DNA of 64,000 nucleotides from positions 134,525-198,524 of IMG/VR virus record IMGVR_UViG_3300031998_000009. One strand, 5' to 3'. A model generated the notes under the pieces. It saw nothing but the letters and a program-made list of their open reading frames with translations, was not told the origin of the DNA and searched no databases. Positions 1 through 10,600 of this stretch are shown here, piece after piece. Made by a program: the position numbers and the translations under genes. The stretch is from a virus (lineage: Duplodnaviria; Caudoviricetes). Position 1 is the stretch's first letter; the number at the start of each line of letters is the position of its first letter.

Positions 1-869
1 ATTCGTTCCACTGTTCTTCCATATTTATATAGATTCTCTAGCTGCTGTTCCCATTGAGCAGGAGTATAACTTCTACCATTATCTGTATCAAGGAAGTTAT
101 TGATAACTTTCAATAACTCGTCATTTCCACCAACTCTCATATAAACGAAGTTGTGTGTCATCTCACGTTTTGCTACATCCCATTCGTTATGAAGAGCTTT
201 CTTAGACTTTCGTTTAGGCTCATCGAACAACTTCTTTTGTGTTGTTTCCGAGGTTGTGTCGTTATTTGATTTCTGTATATAATCCTTTTCTGGATTCTTT
301 TTTGGTTGTTTTTCCTTTTGTATGTGTTCCAGCATATCTGTTATAGACGAACTGTCTATCTTTGTATTATTGTGTATGAGCTTTGCTAGTTCACCTACTG
401 TAATACATATTTCTATATCCTTGTTATCGTGGTATTCCATTAAGTTATTAAGATAAGTATCAATAGTTTCTCCGTCTTCTGGGAACCGTTGCTTTAACAA
501 ATAACCATACGAATCCAGAAAATTCTTATAATCGGAACTGTTAGCTTGTTCACATAATTGGGTGATATATTCTATGTTGACTTGATAACTGTTCTTTTTA
601 ATTATTGGGTTGTTTGGATTTTGTTTGCATTCCTTTATTATATAGTTTTTACAAACTAAATTATCTACATTTCGTGATATTGTTTGTCTAGCATTTCCAA
701 ACCACATCTCCAATTCGGACATTGTGGAATAACATTTATGCACGTTATCAAATGTTTGTGTGAATATATAAGCAAATAAGAACAGTTCATTACCACTTAA
801 TTTTAGAATAGTTCTCATCCAATACCAAATAATTATATTCGGTGCTGTTTGAGTATCGTTGAGTCTCAA
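1..869 (-). CDS. wHTH replisome organiser / replication initiator-like protein (3' end runs off the window)
   Basis: Not in the ORF track. TTG start at 869 after GGGTGA; reads MRLNDTQTAPNIIIWYWMRTILKLSGNELFLFAYIF...EMWFGNARQTISRNVDNLVCKNYI, the pattern of phage replication-protein wHTH N-termini. Confidence 0.7.
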   Translation of the reverse strand, partial: MRLNDTQTAPNIIIWYWMRTILKLSGNELFLFAYIFTQTFDNVHKCYSTMSELEMWFGNARQTISRNVDNLVCKNYIIKECKQNPNNPIIKKNSYQVNIEYITQLCEQANSSDYKNFLDSYGYLLKQRFPEDGETIDTYLNNLMEYHDNKDIEICITVGELAKLIHNNTKIDSSSITDMLEHIQKEKQPKKNPEKDYIQKSNNDTTSETTQKKLFDEPKRKSKKALHNEWDVAKREMTHNFVYMRVGGNDELLKVINNFLDTDNGRSYTPAQWEQQLENLYKYGRTVER

Positions 870-896
870 AGAAATCACCCTTTTCTTTATATAATT

Positions 897-1424
897 TTAT
901 GTCCAAATATCCATTTTATATAAATTCAGAATCGTATGGACATAAGGAACATTTACAAAGTAACCTAGATTTCTTTTATGACCATAACAATACTCTGGAT
1001 CCAGTACATGACTTTTAATCAGATTTTTTCTCACAAGTCGTTTAAGAGCGTTATGTGCTTCCTCTACACTACATTTGCACCAGTTTTCAATATTGCCACT
1101 ACACTCAATATATCCGGTAGGGTTATCACAATTAGTAAAGTGAATGACATGAGCCATGGCTACTTTTTCTATATCGTCTAATTCAAAATCTGGATTGTGT
1201 GGATATTTACGAAACATCCAAGCCGGTATTCTTACAGGACTAGGAATAAGACCTAATGGAAATAGATGAATTCGCTTATTAAATTCTTCGGTACCACCTA
1301 TCTTTAACTGTTCCAGCAATGCTTTTTGTCGTTCTGTCTCTTCCTCTATATATTTCTTCTCCCACTCCATTTTAGTTTCTGTACGACTTTCTTGTCTCAT
1401 CTTGTTATATAAACCTGTCGGCAC
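897..1424 (-). CDS. wHTH protein, paralog of the adjacent replisome-organiser N-domain
   Basis: IPAWM...IEKVAMAHVIHFT...IENWCKCSVEEAHNALKRLVRKNLIK; GGAGG RBS before GTG. Confidence 0.6.
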   Translation of the reverse strand: MPTGLYNKMRQESRTETKMEWEKKYIEEETERQKALLEQLKIGGTEEFNKRIHLFPLGLIPSPVRIPAWMFRKYPHNPDFELDDIEKVAMAHVIHFTNCDNPTGYIECSGNIENWCKCSVEEAHNALKRLVRKNLIKSHVLDPEYCYGHKRNLGYFVNVPYVHTILNLYKMDIWT

Positions 1425-1449
1425 TGTAAAACACCTCCAAAAAAGATGA

Positions 1450-1491
1450 ATAAAAAACTAGGCTAAAGGTCCCAGTCACTTTAGCCTAGTT
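1450..1491 (-). terminator. Intrinsic terminator / attenuator in the leader of the replication genes
   Basis: 13-bp perfect stem AACTAGGCTAAAG/CTTTAGCCTAGTT followed by a T-run on the minus strand. Confidence 0.8.
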
Positions 1492-1583
1492 TCATATATT
1501 AAAAATAGATATGATAAATCATGATCTATTTTAATACCTTTGTTTGGACAACGACTGGGATCGTTTTTCCTTTCCTCAATTAT

Positions 1584-1612
1584 AGAATAACACAAATCCC
1601 AGTAAATGTCAA
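1584..1612 (-). promoter_or_regulatory. Sigma-A-type early promoter
   Basis: TTGACA-17 bp-TATTCT with extended TG. Confidence 0.75.
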
Positions 1613-1651
1613 TAGGTATTTCAAAGTTTTATGTTTCGTACAAAATATTCT

Positions 1652-2083
1652 TTATTCTTTCAACGGTTTTTTATATGTGGTTCGTAATGTTTCCGTATCA
1701 GGTTTCACAACCTGGAACGGTTTAAGCTGTTCCGCTGTGACTTTTTTATTGTATACTAAAGATTCCAAAACTTCCATATCTACATAACTTCTAGTTTTAA
1801 TCAATCCTGGAATCTTAAGGGTTTTACAGAACTCTATAAGTTCCTCTTCCTTCCAGGAAATGTTAGGTCTACTTGAAAGAGCTAAACTAACTCCATTTTC
1901 AGAAACAAAACGTGTTACACCAAATTCATTCATCAGATTCTTAAGAATAAGATTAAGTGATTTCTTTTTTGCTTCTGCTGATGTGAATTCCTGTGATGCT
2001 TCATCATACTGTTCAGTAAGCATCTCCAACTGTTTTTTCTGTTCACTAGTAAGTAAAATCTCTTCCATGGTAGTTACCTCCAA
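1652..2083 (-). CDS. Hypothetical coiled-coil protein, possibly Gam-like/DNA-end-binding
   Basis: N-terminal coiled coil plus GLIKTRSYVDMEVLE; family call is weak. Confidence 0.4.
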   Translation of the reverse strand: MEVTTMEEILLTSEQKKQLEMLTEQYDEASQEFTSAEAKKKSLNLILKNLMNEFGVTRFVSENGVSLALSSRPNISWKEEELIEFCKTLKIPGLIKTRSYVDMEVLESLVYNKKVTAEQLKPFQVVKPDTETLRTTYKKPLKE

Positions 2084-2101
2084 ATTGTTTTTTTTTGTTT
2101 T

Positions 2102-2419
2102 TTACTTGTTTTCGGTTTCCTTTGTTTGTTTTTCTGTTACTTTTTTGCTCCAATACTGTCTACTGATAGCACCCATGACACCGTTTCTACCGTGTGGCAG
2201 CCATTCCTGAAATTTCTTAAGCTGCTTAATATCCTCGTCTGTCCAATATCTAGGACCTCTCACAGATTCCTGAATAAAATCTGGAAGTGCTGGAAAATCC
2301 TCCGGTTTTTCAATACTGGAATCTTGGTACCATCTATACCAATTATTTAGTGTTTTAGTTGAAATATTGAGTTTATTTGCCACATAACTAGCTGAATATC
2401 GCTTAATATTTTCCTCCAT
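2102..2419 (-). CDS. MerR-like HTH DNA-binding protein
   Basis: YSASYVANKLNISTKTLNNW...RGPRYWTDEDIKQLKKF. Confidence 0.7.
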   Translation of the reverse strand: MEENIKRYSASYVANKLNISTKTLNNWYRWYQDSSIEKPEDFPALPDFIQESVRGPRYWTDEDIKQLKKFQEWLPHGRNGVMGAISRQYWSKKVTEKQTKETENK

Positions 2420-2434
2420 AATACTTCTTCCTCC

Positions 2435-4216
2435 TCATCTTACATCAAGCAAATAGTTTATAATGTTTGGATTCTTTAGTATATCTTCTTCCTTATCTAT
2501 AAGGATATCTGACATTTTACCTTTTTTGTAAACAATATCATTTATTCGTTCGTCAATGGTTCCCTTGCACATTATTGTAATGATGTTAGGACTTTCTTTA
2601 GTTCCTATTCTATGTACTCTGTCTTCACATTGTGTTTTAGCTGCTCTACTCCAAGGTTCATCTAAAAATATAACTGTATTAGCTTCTGTAAGAGTAAATC
2701 CAACTCCAATAGAATCCATGGTACCTAATAGAACTTTACATTTTTCATCTTTACAAAATCGTTCTCTTTCCTGTTCTCTGTCTTTCTTGTTTTGTCCTGT
2801 ATATACGGCTGGTTGATATCCTAGCTTCTGAAGTAGTTCATAGGCGGGAAATATAATATTTGTCCAATTACTGAATATTAAACATTTTCCTCCATTATCT
2901 ACAACATCATCAACTAACTGAACCATTCTATCAAATTTTGGGTTATCCTTTATTTGTGAACTAATTATATTTGGATTTCCTGTTACCTGTCTTAATCTAA
3001 TAAGAGTTGTTAATGGATTAGGACTGATATTAACTTTGTCTATGACATCTGTTAGTATTTGTTCTCTTATCTGTTCATATAGTTTTATTTGGTCTTTCGT
3101 CATCTCTACATAGTCATTTATATAGATTTTTTCGGGTAAATCTTTCAGAACGTCTGTTTTTAGACGTCTTATCATACATTTGTCTAATACAGAAACCAAT
3201 TCTGGTAAATTTTTATATCCAATTATCTGATGATCACCAAAGCCACCTTTAATACTATAATGGCGTTCGAATTGATAATACGAGTGTTCTTCAAAACCCA
3301 ACCATTTCAGTGGTATATAAGCATCTAAAGGTTTATTTACAACCGGAGTTCCTGTTAATGCTACTTGATAGTCACAACACAATGACAGTAATGCCTCACC
3401 TTGTATCGAGGCACTGTTTTTAACTCTATGTGACTCATCAACTACCATCATAGAAATATCACCATCTTTTATAGCTTTTTGTAAAGCTTCTACCATAAGA
3501 AAAATGGTTCTTTTTCTAAATCGTTGAACTCCGTTCTTTTTCGTTTTAAGAGGTTCCTGAACTCTTTTTACATAACGAAGTGTTTCAATATTCGTAATTA
3601 AATAAAAACAGTCTTTTGCAGGTCCTGTGTTTATGTTTACAATGTCACTTAATTTATCTTCATTAGATCCTATGGAAGCATTACCACGTTTACTGATTCT
3701 AGTACCTAAGATAAATGCTTTATCGTTTGTGTGTTTATATACCTCGTCATACCAGTTATATTTCAAACTGTTTACGCAGGTGACAATTAAAACGTGTTTT
3801 ATACCATGTTGTTTCTTGAGTATTTGTGATAAATCAAGTATTTGCTTTGTTTTACCTAAACCCGGTTCATCTGCAAGTAGGAACTTTGGATGTGACAATC
3901 CATAGTTTATACCATCTACTTGATACGGATAAGGTTGCAACTTATATTCGTACCAATCTGGTATAAGATTTTTACAAGTAAATATTTTACTAGGTTCTTC
4001 ATTAGTTACAGTTTGTTTTACTCCATCATAGGATATGTTATACTCATATCCTTGTAGAACCTGTAACAATGCTTCTAGTTCACTTTCTGGTATTTGCCAT
4101 TCTCTGTTTTCCTTATCCCAAAACCGTTTAGCTCTACTTCGCATGAATTTGAGTATATTCTGGTCGTATTGGGAGTTTAGAAATATAGTACCCTTATTTA
4201 CTCTAATATTTACCAA
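2435..4216 (-). CDS. SNF2-family helicase (probable HARP-like N-terminus)
   Basis: LLADEPGLGKT, VVDESH, LTGTP, QCEDRVHRIG motifs. Confidence 0.92.
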   Translation of the reverse strand: MVNIRVNKGTIFLNSQYDQNILKFMRSRAKRFWDKENREWQIPESELEALLQVLQGYEYNISYDGVKQTVTNEEPSKIFTCKNLIPDWYEYKLQPYPYQVDGINYGLSHPKFLLADEPGLGKTKQILDLSQILKKQHGIKHVLIVTCVNSLKYNWYDEVYKHTNDKAFILGTRISKRGNASIGSNEDKLSDIVNINTGPAKDCFYLITNIETLRYVKRVQEPLKTKKNGVQRFRKRTIFLMVEALQKAIKDGDISMMVVDESHRVKNSASIQGEALLSLCCDYQVALTGTPVVNKPLDAYIPLKWLGFEEHSYYQFERHYSIKGGFGDHQIIGYKNLPELVSVLDKCMIRRLKTDVLKDLPEKIYINDYVEMTKDQIKLYEQIREQILTDVIDKVNISPNPLTTLIRLRQVTGNPNIISSQIKDNPKFDRMVQLVDDVVDNGGKCLIFSNWTNIIFPAYELLQKLGYQPAVYTGQNKKDREQERERFCKDEKCKVLLGTMDSIGVGFTLTEANTVIFLDEPWSRAAKTQCEDRVHRIGTKESPNIITIMCKGTIDERINDIVYKKGKMSDILIDKEEDILKNPNIINYLLDVR

Positions 4217-4265
4217 CTAATCACCTAACCTCGGTAGAGTTTATGTTACTACATCTTTCAAATAT

Positions 4266-4294
4266 ACTATAACATAAACTCTACCAAAAGTCAA
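4266..4294 (-). promoter_or_regulatory. Sigma-A-type early promoter
   Basis: TTGACT-17 bp-TATAGT with extended TG. Confidence 0.75.
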
Positions 4295-4345
4295 GTGTTT
4301 TTTACCAAAATCGTTTATTTAACTAAAATTGTAACTGTTTTGTAA

Positions 4346-5263
4346 TTAAACAAACTCTCTTACAACTTCAAGGAAGTTATTAGTATTGGCACTGTCAAAT
4401 GTTGCTTCCATAAAGGCACCTTCGTTAGCTGTCAGTGTCTTCTTACGCTGTCTGTGAGTGGTATAATCTGTAAAGGCGTTTACCAGTCCCCAAACAGTTC
4501 CTCTAAAATTGGAGTTGTCTTCGCTACGGTAGCAGTCAATGAAGAACTCCTTCTGGGCTTCGATTCTCTTCATCTGACGTTCTGTAGCTTCCTTCTGCTT
4601 ACGAAGTTCCCGGTCTTCCTTTACTTTGTCAAAGAACTTGTCAAGGATCTGGTGAACGATATCCATATTAGTAACCTTAATTGCTGCCAGTTCCTCGGCA
4701 GTATCGTTAAAGTGCTCCATATATGCCGCGGTTTCTGTAAGGAGTGTATGTGCCTGAGCAATCTTTGTAGGAAGTCTTCTGGAGTGTCTGATATCCACAG
4801 TATTTCTCATTTTCTTAAAACTTACTGCGAACTGGTTCTGACAAACAAACCGCAGCGGGCAAATTGTTGCTTTAACATTATACAGTCCATTGTGGCTTGT
4901 CTGGAAGATAATGTAAGGATTGAACTTGTCACCGAGAATCTGTGTTTCCGGAAGTTTACCGATGATGTAAACAAGACCCTTAGAAGTTTCACCAGCTTGT
5001 TCAAATGTCACATTAGGAATTTCATTAATGAATCCAAATGCGTCCTGATTCTGGTAAATTTCATAAGTGTCGGACACAACACCGATGTATTCGTTAGTTC
5101 CTTCCTTGACCGTTGCCTTCTTTTTAGGAATCACAAAACCGTTCGGCAACTGGATATCCTGTTTAACAACATTATAGTCCAGATTAGCCTTGATAAGGAT
5201 TTCGTTGACGTCGGTCATTCCTCTAACATCAGTACCCATGTTAATCCATGTTGCTTCTCTCAT
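4346..5263 (-). CDS. DUF932 / TIGR03299-type phage-plasmid protein
   Basis: GVVSDTYEIYQNQDAF, SHNG, PLRFVCQNQ, IRHS, FRGTVWGLVNAFTDY motifs. Confidence 0.85.
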   Translation of the reverse strand: MREATWINMGTDVRGMTDVNEILIKANLDYNVVKQDIQLPNGFVIPKKKATVKEGTNEYIGVVSDTYEIYQNQDAFGFINEIPNVTFEQAGETSKGLVYIIGKLPETQILGDKFNPYIIFQTSHNGLYNVKATICPLRFVCQNQFAVSFKKMRNTVDIRHSRRLPTKIAQAHTLLTETAAYMEHFNDTAEELAAIKVTNMDIVHQILDKFFDKVKEDRELRKQKEATERQMKRIEAQKEFFIDCYRSEDNSNFRGTVWGLVNAFTDYTTHRQRKKTLTANEGAFMEATFDSANTNNFLEVVREFV

Positions 5264-5322
5264 TTTACTTTCCTCCTGTTTGTTTGTGTTTGTGTTTTGT
5301 GTGGTTTAACTTTTGTAATTAT

Positions 5323-5351
5323 AGTATAACACATTTAGACTCAAATGTCAA
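5323..5351 (-). promoter_or_regulatory. Sigma-A-type early promoter
   Basis: TTGACA-17 bp-TATACT, GTGT extension. Confidence 0.8.
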
Positions 5352-5475
5352 GGGTTTTTAAGAAAATAATCTAAAATAAATTGTAAACATTTTATGTATA
5401 AGTTATCATTTTTAACAAAGCCCTATATTAATAAATATTTCTATTTTTCTATTTGTTTTACTAAAACAATAGTCC

Positions 5476-5694
5476 ATATATAGATATTAGTATTATTATA
5501 ATTAGTTAGTAATATATTAAGTAATAGTAAAGTAAATAATAGATATTAAGTAATATTATTAGTTTATTAAGTAATTAGTATTTTTAGTGTTTTATTTTTG
5601 GTCTTTATTATTTATTATATATTATATATGTAACATTTTGTAACACTTGAAATCACGATATCGCGGAATTATAGGGTTACAAAATGTTACTAGG
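5476..5694. repeat. Origin-like element copy 1: C-free AT tract plus 15-bp inverted repeat
   Basis: No C on the + strand over 5476-5602; GTAACATTTTGTAAC (5630-5644), 31-bp spacer, GTTACAAAATGTTAC (5676-5690). Second copy at 57881-57940. Confidence 0.7.
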
Positions 5695-5744
5695 TTTTTG
5701 TAATATTTTATTGTAATTATACTATGTGTATATAAAATCAGAAT

Positions 5745-5786
5745 AAAAAACAAGGATAACAAACAAGATGTTACCCTTGTTTTTTC
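5745..5786 (-). terminator. Terminator at the end of the tail operon
   Basis: AAAAAACAAGG.TAAC...GTTA.CCTTGTTTTTT imperfect hairpin with flanking A/T runs. Confidence 0.65.
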
Positions 5787-5803
5787 GTATTATATTGAGA
5801 AAT

Positions 5804-6628
5804 CTATGCTTTTACATATACTAGACCACTTAATACATAATATTGAGTATCGTTCAATGTTACATAACCTGTTCCGAAGTATTCGGTATTACTTGCAATA
5901 TACAGATCTTTAAATACAGTGGGATTATTTGGATAACCTATTGGTGCACTGTATATACAAGTATAACCGCCATGAACAGGAAGTCTTCTGGAGAATACTT
6001 GCTGAGGTGTACCTAAACTTACTCGACACGTCATTAAACTTCCTATAGCACCATTATGACAACCTACATCTCCACCCTCGCTACTAGAAAGTGGATGGCT
6101 TTCTCTGTATCCATAAGGAGACATCGGCCATGTATGTGCTCCACTGGTTACAAATCCAGGCATAGAACAGTCGTTAGCACTGTTTCTTAATTCAAATATA
6201 GACCAATCATCGTCAGTAGTCTTACCAACACCACACCAGCACACCGCCAGTCCTTTATATCTACTCTCACCTTGGTAATTGTCGTCTAGTTTCCAACCAA
6301 AGAAGATAGTTCCAGTTGAACAGATATAGCATATTAACGTGTTACTATTTAGTCTTTCCAATGGGGAAGGAGGTTTAGGTATACCCGAATGATAACCGAA
6401 TAATTTTACACCGTATGGGGTTTGATATTTACTAGGAAAACACATTATTGTCGTATTAGATTCCATTAACTTTGTATTTATAGTTATAGCATCTGTATAG
6501 GAATCTCCACTATATGTTGCTCCATCTACTACTGTATCTACTAAATCACCGGGTAGATTTTCTTGTAACCAGGTAATAAGTTCTGATCGAGCTTCGGAAT
6601 CAGTGAGGTCTGCTTCTTTTATTAACAT
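5804..6628 (-). CDS. Putative receptor-binding / fibre-tip protein, paralog 1
   Basis: Last gene of the tail operon; N- and C-termini align with 6712..7587. Confidence 0.5.
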   Translation of the reverse strand: MLIKEADLTDSEARSELITWLQENLPGDLVDTVVDGATYSGDSYTDAITINTKLMESNTTIMCFPSKYQTPYGVKLFGYHSGIPKPPSPLERLNSNTLICYICSTGTIFFGWKLDDNYQGESRYKGLAVCWCGVGKTTDDDWSIFELRNSANDCSMPGFVTSGAHTWPMSPYGYRESHPLSSSEGGDVGCHNGAIGSLMTCRVSLGTPQQVFSRRLPVHGGYTCIYSAPIGYPNNPTVFKDLYIASNTEYFGTGYVTLNDTQYYVLSGLVYVKA

Positions 6629-6711
6629 TTACTACCACCTCGTAATTCTATACATTCTGGATTAACTTTTTTAACTTCCAAATGTTTGCTTTTATTGGTT
6701 TTATAATCACC

Positions 6712-7587
6712 TTATACTTTAAAAAATACAATACCATACCACGAAAAATAAGTTACTCCATTTAAGGTTATTTCTTCACATGCTAGTGTCTCTGTTGTTA
6801 CGGATACATATATGTCGGTGAAATAAATATTATCTGTTTCGTCTGGTATTGGACAATTATATATGGCTGTCTTATTTGCAGCAGTGTCATATGATGGATT
6901 TGGGCTGTATCGAGTACATATATTATTCTCAATAGCCGGGTATACATTCGGTGTTGCAGATATAACAAGGTTTTTGGCTCCTACATATCCAGACCATGGA
7001 TTTACAATACCAACATTTCCGCCGGTTCCATTAGGAGCTTCGACCTTATAATTTCCTGTAGTATACGGACCGACTGAACCACTTGTATCACTAAATGTTC
7101 TACCTGGACCTGACTGTAAAACCGAAGTAGGTATTCCAAATGTTAGCAATCCAATATTATCATCACTTAATTTTCCAATAGCTATACCGAAGAATAAAGC
7201 ACCTTGATCGTATGTAGATGAATATGCAGAATCCACTTTCCAGCAGATAAGGAATGTTCCTGATGACATTACCTTACAAACCATCGTATTGCTTGCAAAA
7301 AAAGCGACTCCGTGTGATGGAGAACTATTGAACCATGTGCCGTAATTGAAAATCTTGTATCCAAGTGTTCTGTATGTAGGGAAACACATGATTTGCTTGT
7401 ATTTTACATCTGATACTGTTACATCGGTTTTGAGCGTTATTGTAACAGCCTGTGATACATTTCCTATTGGACCATATCCACCTTCCGCGACACTATCTAC
7501 AATATCACTCGGAAGATGTTCTGACATCCAAGATACTAATGCTGCTCTAGAAGTAGCATTAGTTAAATCCGCTTCATAACTAATCAT
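6712..7587 (-). CDS. Putative receptor-binding / fibre-tip protein, paralog 2
   Basis: EADLT...R..L..W..E.LP.D.VD.V..G N-terminus shared with 5804..6628. Confidence 0.5.
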   Translation of the reverse strand: MISYEADLTNATSRAALVSWMSEHLPSDIVDSVAEGGYGPIGNVSQAVTITLKTDVTVSDVKYKQIMCFPTYRTLGYKIFNYGTWFNSSPSHGVAFFASNTMVCKVMSSGTFLICWKVDSAYSSTYDQGALFFGIAIGKLSDDNIGLLTFGIPTSVLQSGPGRTFSDTSGSVGPYTTGNYKVEAPNGTGGNVGIVNPWSGYVGAKNLVISATPNVYPAIENNICTRYSPNPSYDTAANKTAIYNCPIPDETDNIYFTDIYVSVTTETLACEEITLNGVTYFSWYGIVFFKV

Positions 7588-7601
7588 ATTCTATACCTCC
7601 T

Positions 7602-10600
7602 TTATGGAGTAGTTTCGATATTTCCAATTATTAACTGTGGACCGTTACCTCCACCGCCGGATGTATACGGAACATCGTATTCATTTCCATCCCATTCAAT
7701 CCACAAATGACCTGGATTGTTAGGATCTTCCAGTATACAAGAACTTGTATCTATACTACCTCCGGATAATAATGGAACACCAAGAAACTCAATCATTAGG
7801 TTTGCAATATTGTTAGAATCTATAGTGTCTCCATAATTATAGATTCTAATACCTACTACTTTATCTAAACTCGGATTACTAGGTATATCAAAATACCATT
7901 TATATTCTAATTTATTCAGGAACTGTGTTTGATAGGAGCTAGTACTTGTATCTGCACTGCCAACTAATTGTTGTATTTCGATATGAGATCCTTTATTAAT
8001 ATTAACATAATCTGGATTCATATGTACGATTAATTCTATATATTTATTTGCTGATAGTGACGTTAGTGCTTTTACATTGGAACCTGGTGCATCCGGTTGT
8101 CCTATCCAAACAATAATTCTTCCATTAGGCCATCTAATTATACTGTTCTGTTTAAGATAATCCATCAGACTTTTTAAATCATCCACATTTACTTCTTGTT
8201 TTATAATATCTTGAATTGTGGTATAGTTAGGACCGTATATCTTATTGATATGGAATATTGCTTCTCGTCTACGTTTAATATATTTAGAATTAATGTCAAT
8301 GTTTGTATTAGGTTTTTCTTTGTCATTGGTACCTGTTGTTAGATCAGTTGAAACCTCTAGGTTATATAGATAACAGGTATTATTATCTACATCACCTGGT
8401 AATGTATATGAAAGTTCAAGTCCAGCATAATTATTAGGTTGATCAAAATCTTTTCCTCTTAAATAATTGTGACTGTCCTTTTTAATGGTAGCTGTGCATG
8501 GAATATAGGTTATCCAGTTTGCCTCGTTCCAATCATAACACATACCGTTTATTATAGAATTAGAACTACCTGTACCGTTCAGAGATTTTATGTTATGTGT
8601 TCCAAACATTGCAGGAAGTGTATTATAGGCAAATCGATTATTTGTCCAGGAAGGTCTTGTAGGCATTAGATACTGGTCTATTAATAGATATGATACATGA
8701 CCTAATACGACCGGAGTATCTACATATGCTACCTTCTTATTAACATATTGCATACTGAATGTATTTCCAGTGTAATCAATTCTCTGAACAACTACATCGG
8801 AAACAATAGCATTTTTATTTCCTAATGGTACATAATTATCTGTTAATGCGCATTGTCTATAATAGTTTATTGGGTCATCAAATTGAATTGCATAGTTTGT
8901 TTCTGTATTAACTAATGCACGAACATAGTAAGAGAATGTAAGAGGATTATTCCCGGTGTCTTTCCAGACCTCATCGGTTGTGAAATTAGTAATTTTTGCT
9001 GTATCTGAATTTACGTTTTTGCTATAGTGTATCTCTTTAATAACTGTACTAGGTGTAAATGTGTTATTGTTACTATCATAATTATATTCGGTGCTATTGT
9101 ATTGTTGAATGGTATCAAAATCAGTAGAAACACCATAACCGGATGCTGCTAACTGAACACCACATCCAATAGATTTCATACTCTCATAATCATATGTGGG
9201 AGAACTTCCACTATTATTGTATCCATATGCTACATTATCCATTAAACTACAATAGCACAGATGAATGTACATTGAAATATAAGGTAAAATGTATGTCTGA
9301 TAATTTGTTTTGAAGTTACCATATGTTGCATCAGAGGTTGTCCATGAACAGAGTTGTTGAACTGTTACACTCTTAATATTATTTTCAGTAGGTTCTTCTC
9401 CATTTGTTGCCTTCCAGTAAAGTCTTTTTATAAAGTGTAAATATCCTTCTACTGGATAGGTGTTACAAGTTGAAGTATTATTTATTAGAAATCCGTTAGG
9501 TGTTAAACTTCCTTCGGATGTCATGAAAGAAACCGGAATATAAATTGTTTCATTGTTAGGTCCGACATATGATTTCTTTAATGTGTCTGGAATACCCTTG
9601 ATACAAAAATAATCTAGGTTTGTTTCTACTTTTGCGATGTTTGCGGGATTACCTAACGGAACATAACTTGTAAGCAGTTCGGATGTGGTCTTTTTATCAA
9701 ATAATGTCTCTAACATTGTAGAATAGCTTGGAAAGTCTGTTGCTGTATAAGTAACAGTATCCTCTACAGTATATCTGGTTGAATCATTATCATACAATTC
9801 TTCAAAATTATACAGATATTTTGGATAAGTAGCAAGCTTACAATTATTAAAAGGTAATCCAGATAAAAGTGTATTACCACCTAGATTAACATCTGTATTT
9901 TGAGTTGCTGGATAACAGTCAGAACTTGTTATAGTATTATCATAAAAGAATGTAAGACCGAATATGTCTACAAATTCAATTCTTTGCGATGTTTTGTATT
10001 CATTAATAGTTGTATCCCATGTTTCATGATCTTTAAAGAACATTCCATAGTAAATGTCGATATCCGAAGCAGCGTTTACAACTGCAAAATTATCACCTTT
10101 TTTCCAACCTACTTCACTATCTTTCAGTTTAGCCCATATTTGATCAGGTGTATCCGTAGGTAAGATTGGATTATTTAATGGGTCTACTAATACTTGCGAG
10201 TCTAATCTAATATCGGTGTTCTTATACTTGATTATTGCATTCGAAACGGTTAGTTCATCTGCGTAAGAACCTGTATATTTAAATTTTAAGTATCCTATAC
10301 AAGTCTTATTGGTGTATGCAGATTTCCATTTATGGATAAGTTGTGACTTCGTAGATGTTGAATAATTATTTGGATTATAATCAGAAAGAAGTACCTTTTC
10401 GAGGTTAGTTGTAAGAACATTTGCTGTACCTTGATTTACTAGACCTTCTACAAATCTTTGTGCATATCTAGAGTCCATAGGAATAAAAGTTCCGCCGGTT
10501 TCATCATCAAATGAAATGTGTGCAGGGTCTCCGAGTTTGAATGTATACCCATCAATACTGAACATACCAGCATTAATAATATCATTACCATCTTCGTCTG

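Noticed and set aside
4454-5329. 291-aa plus-strand ORF, and similar antisense ORFs (32975..33763, 24671..25243, 58995..59510, 62468..62908)
   Set aside because: These are shadows of well-supported minus-strand genes, with no RBS or recognisable motifs.
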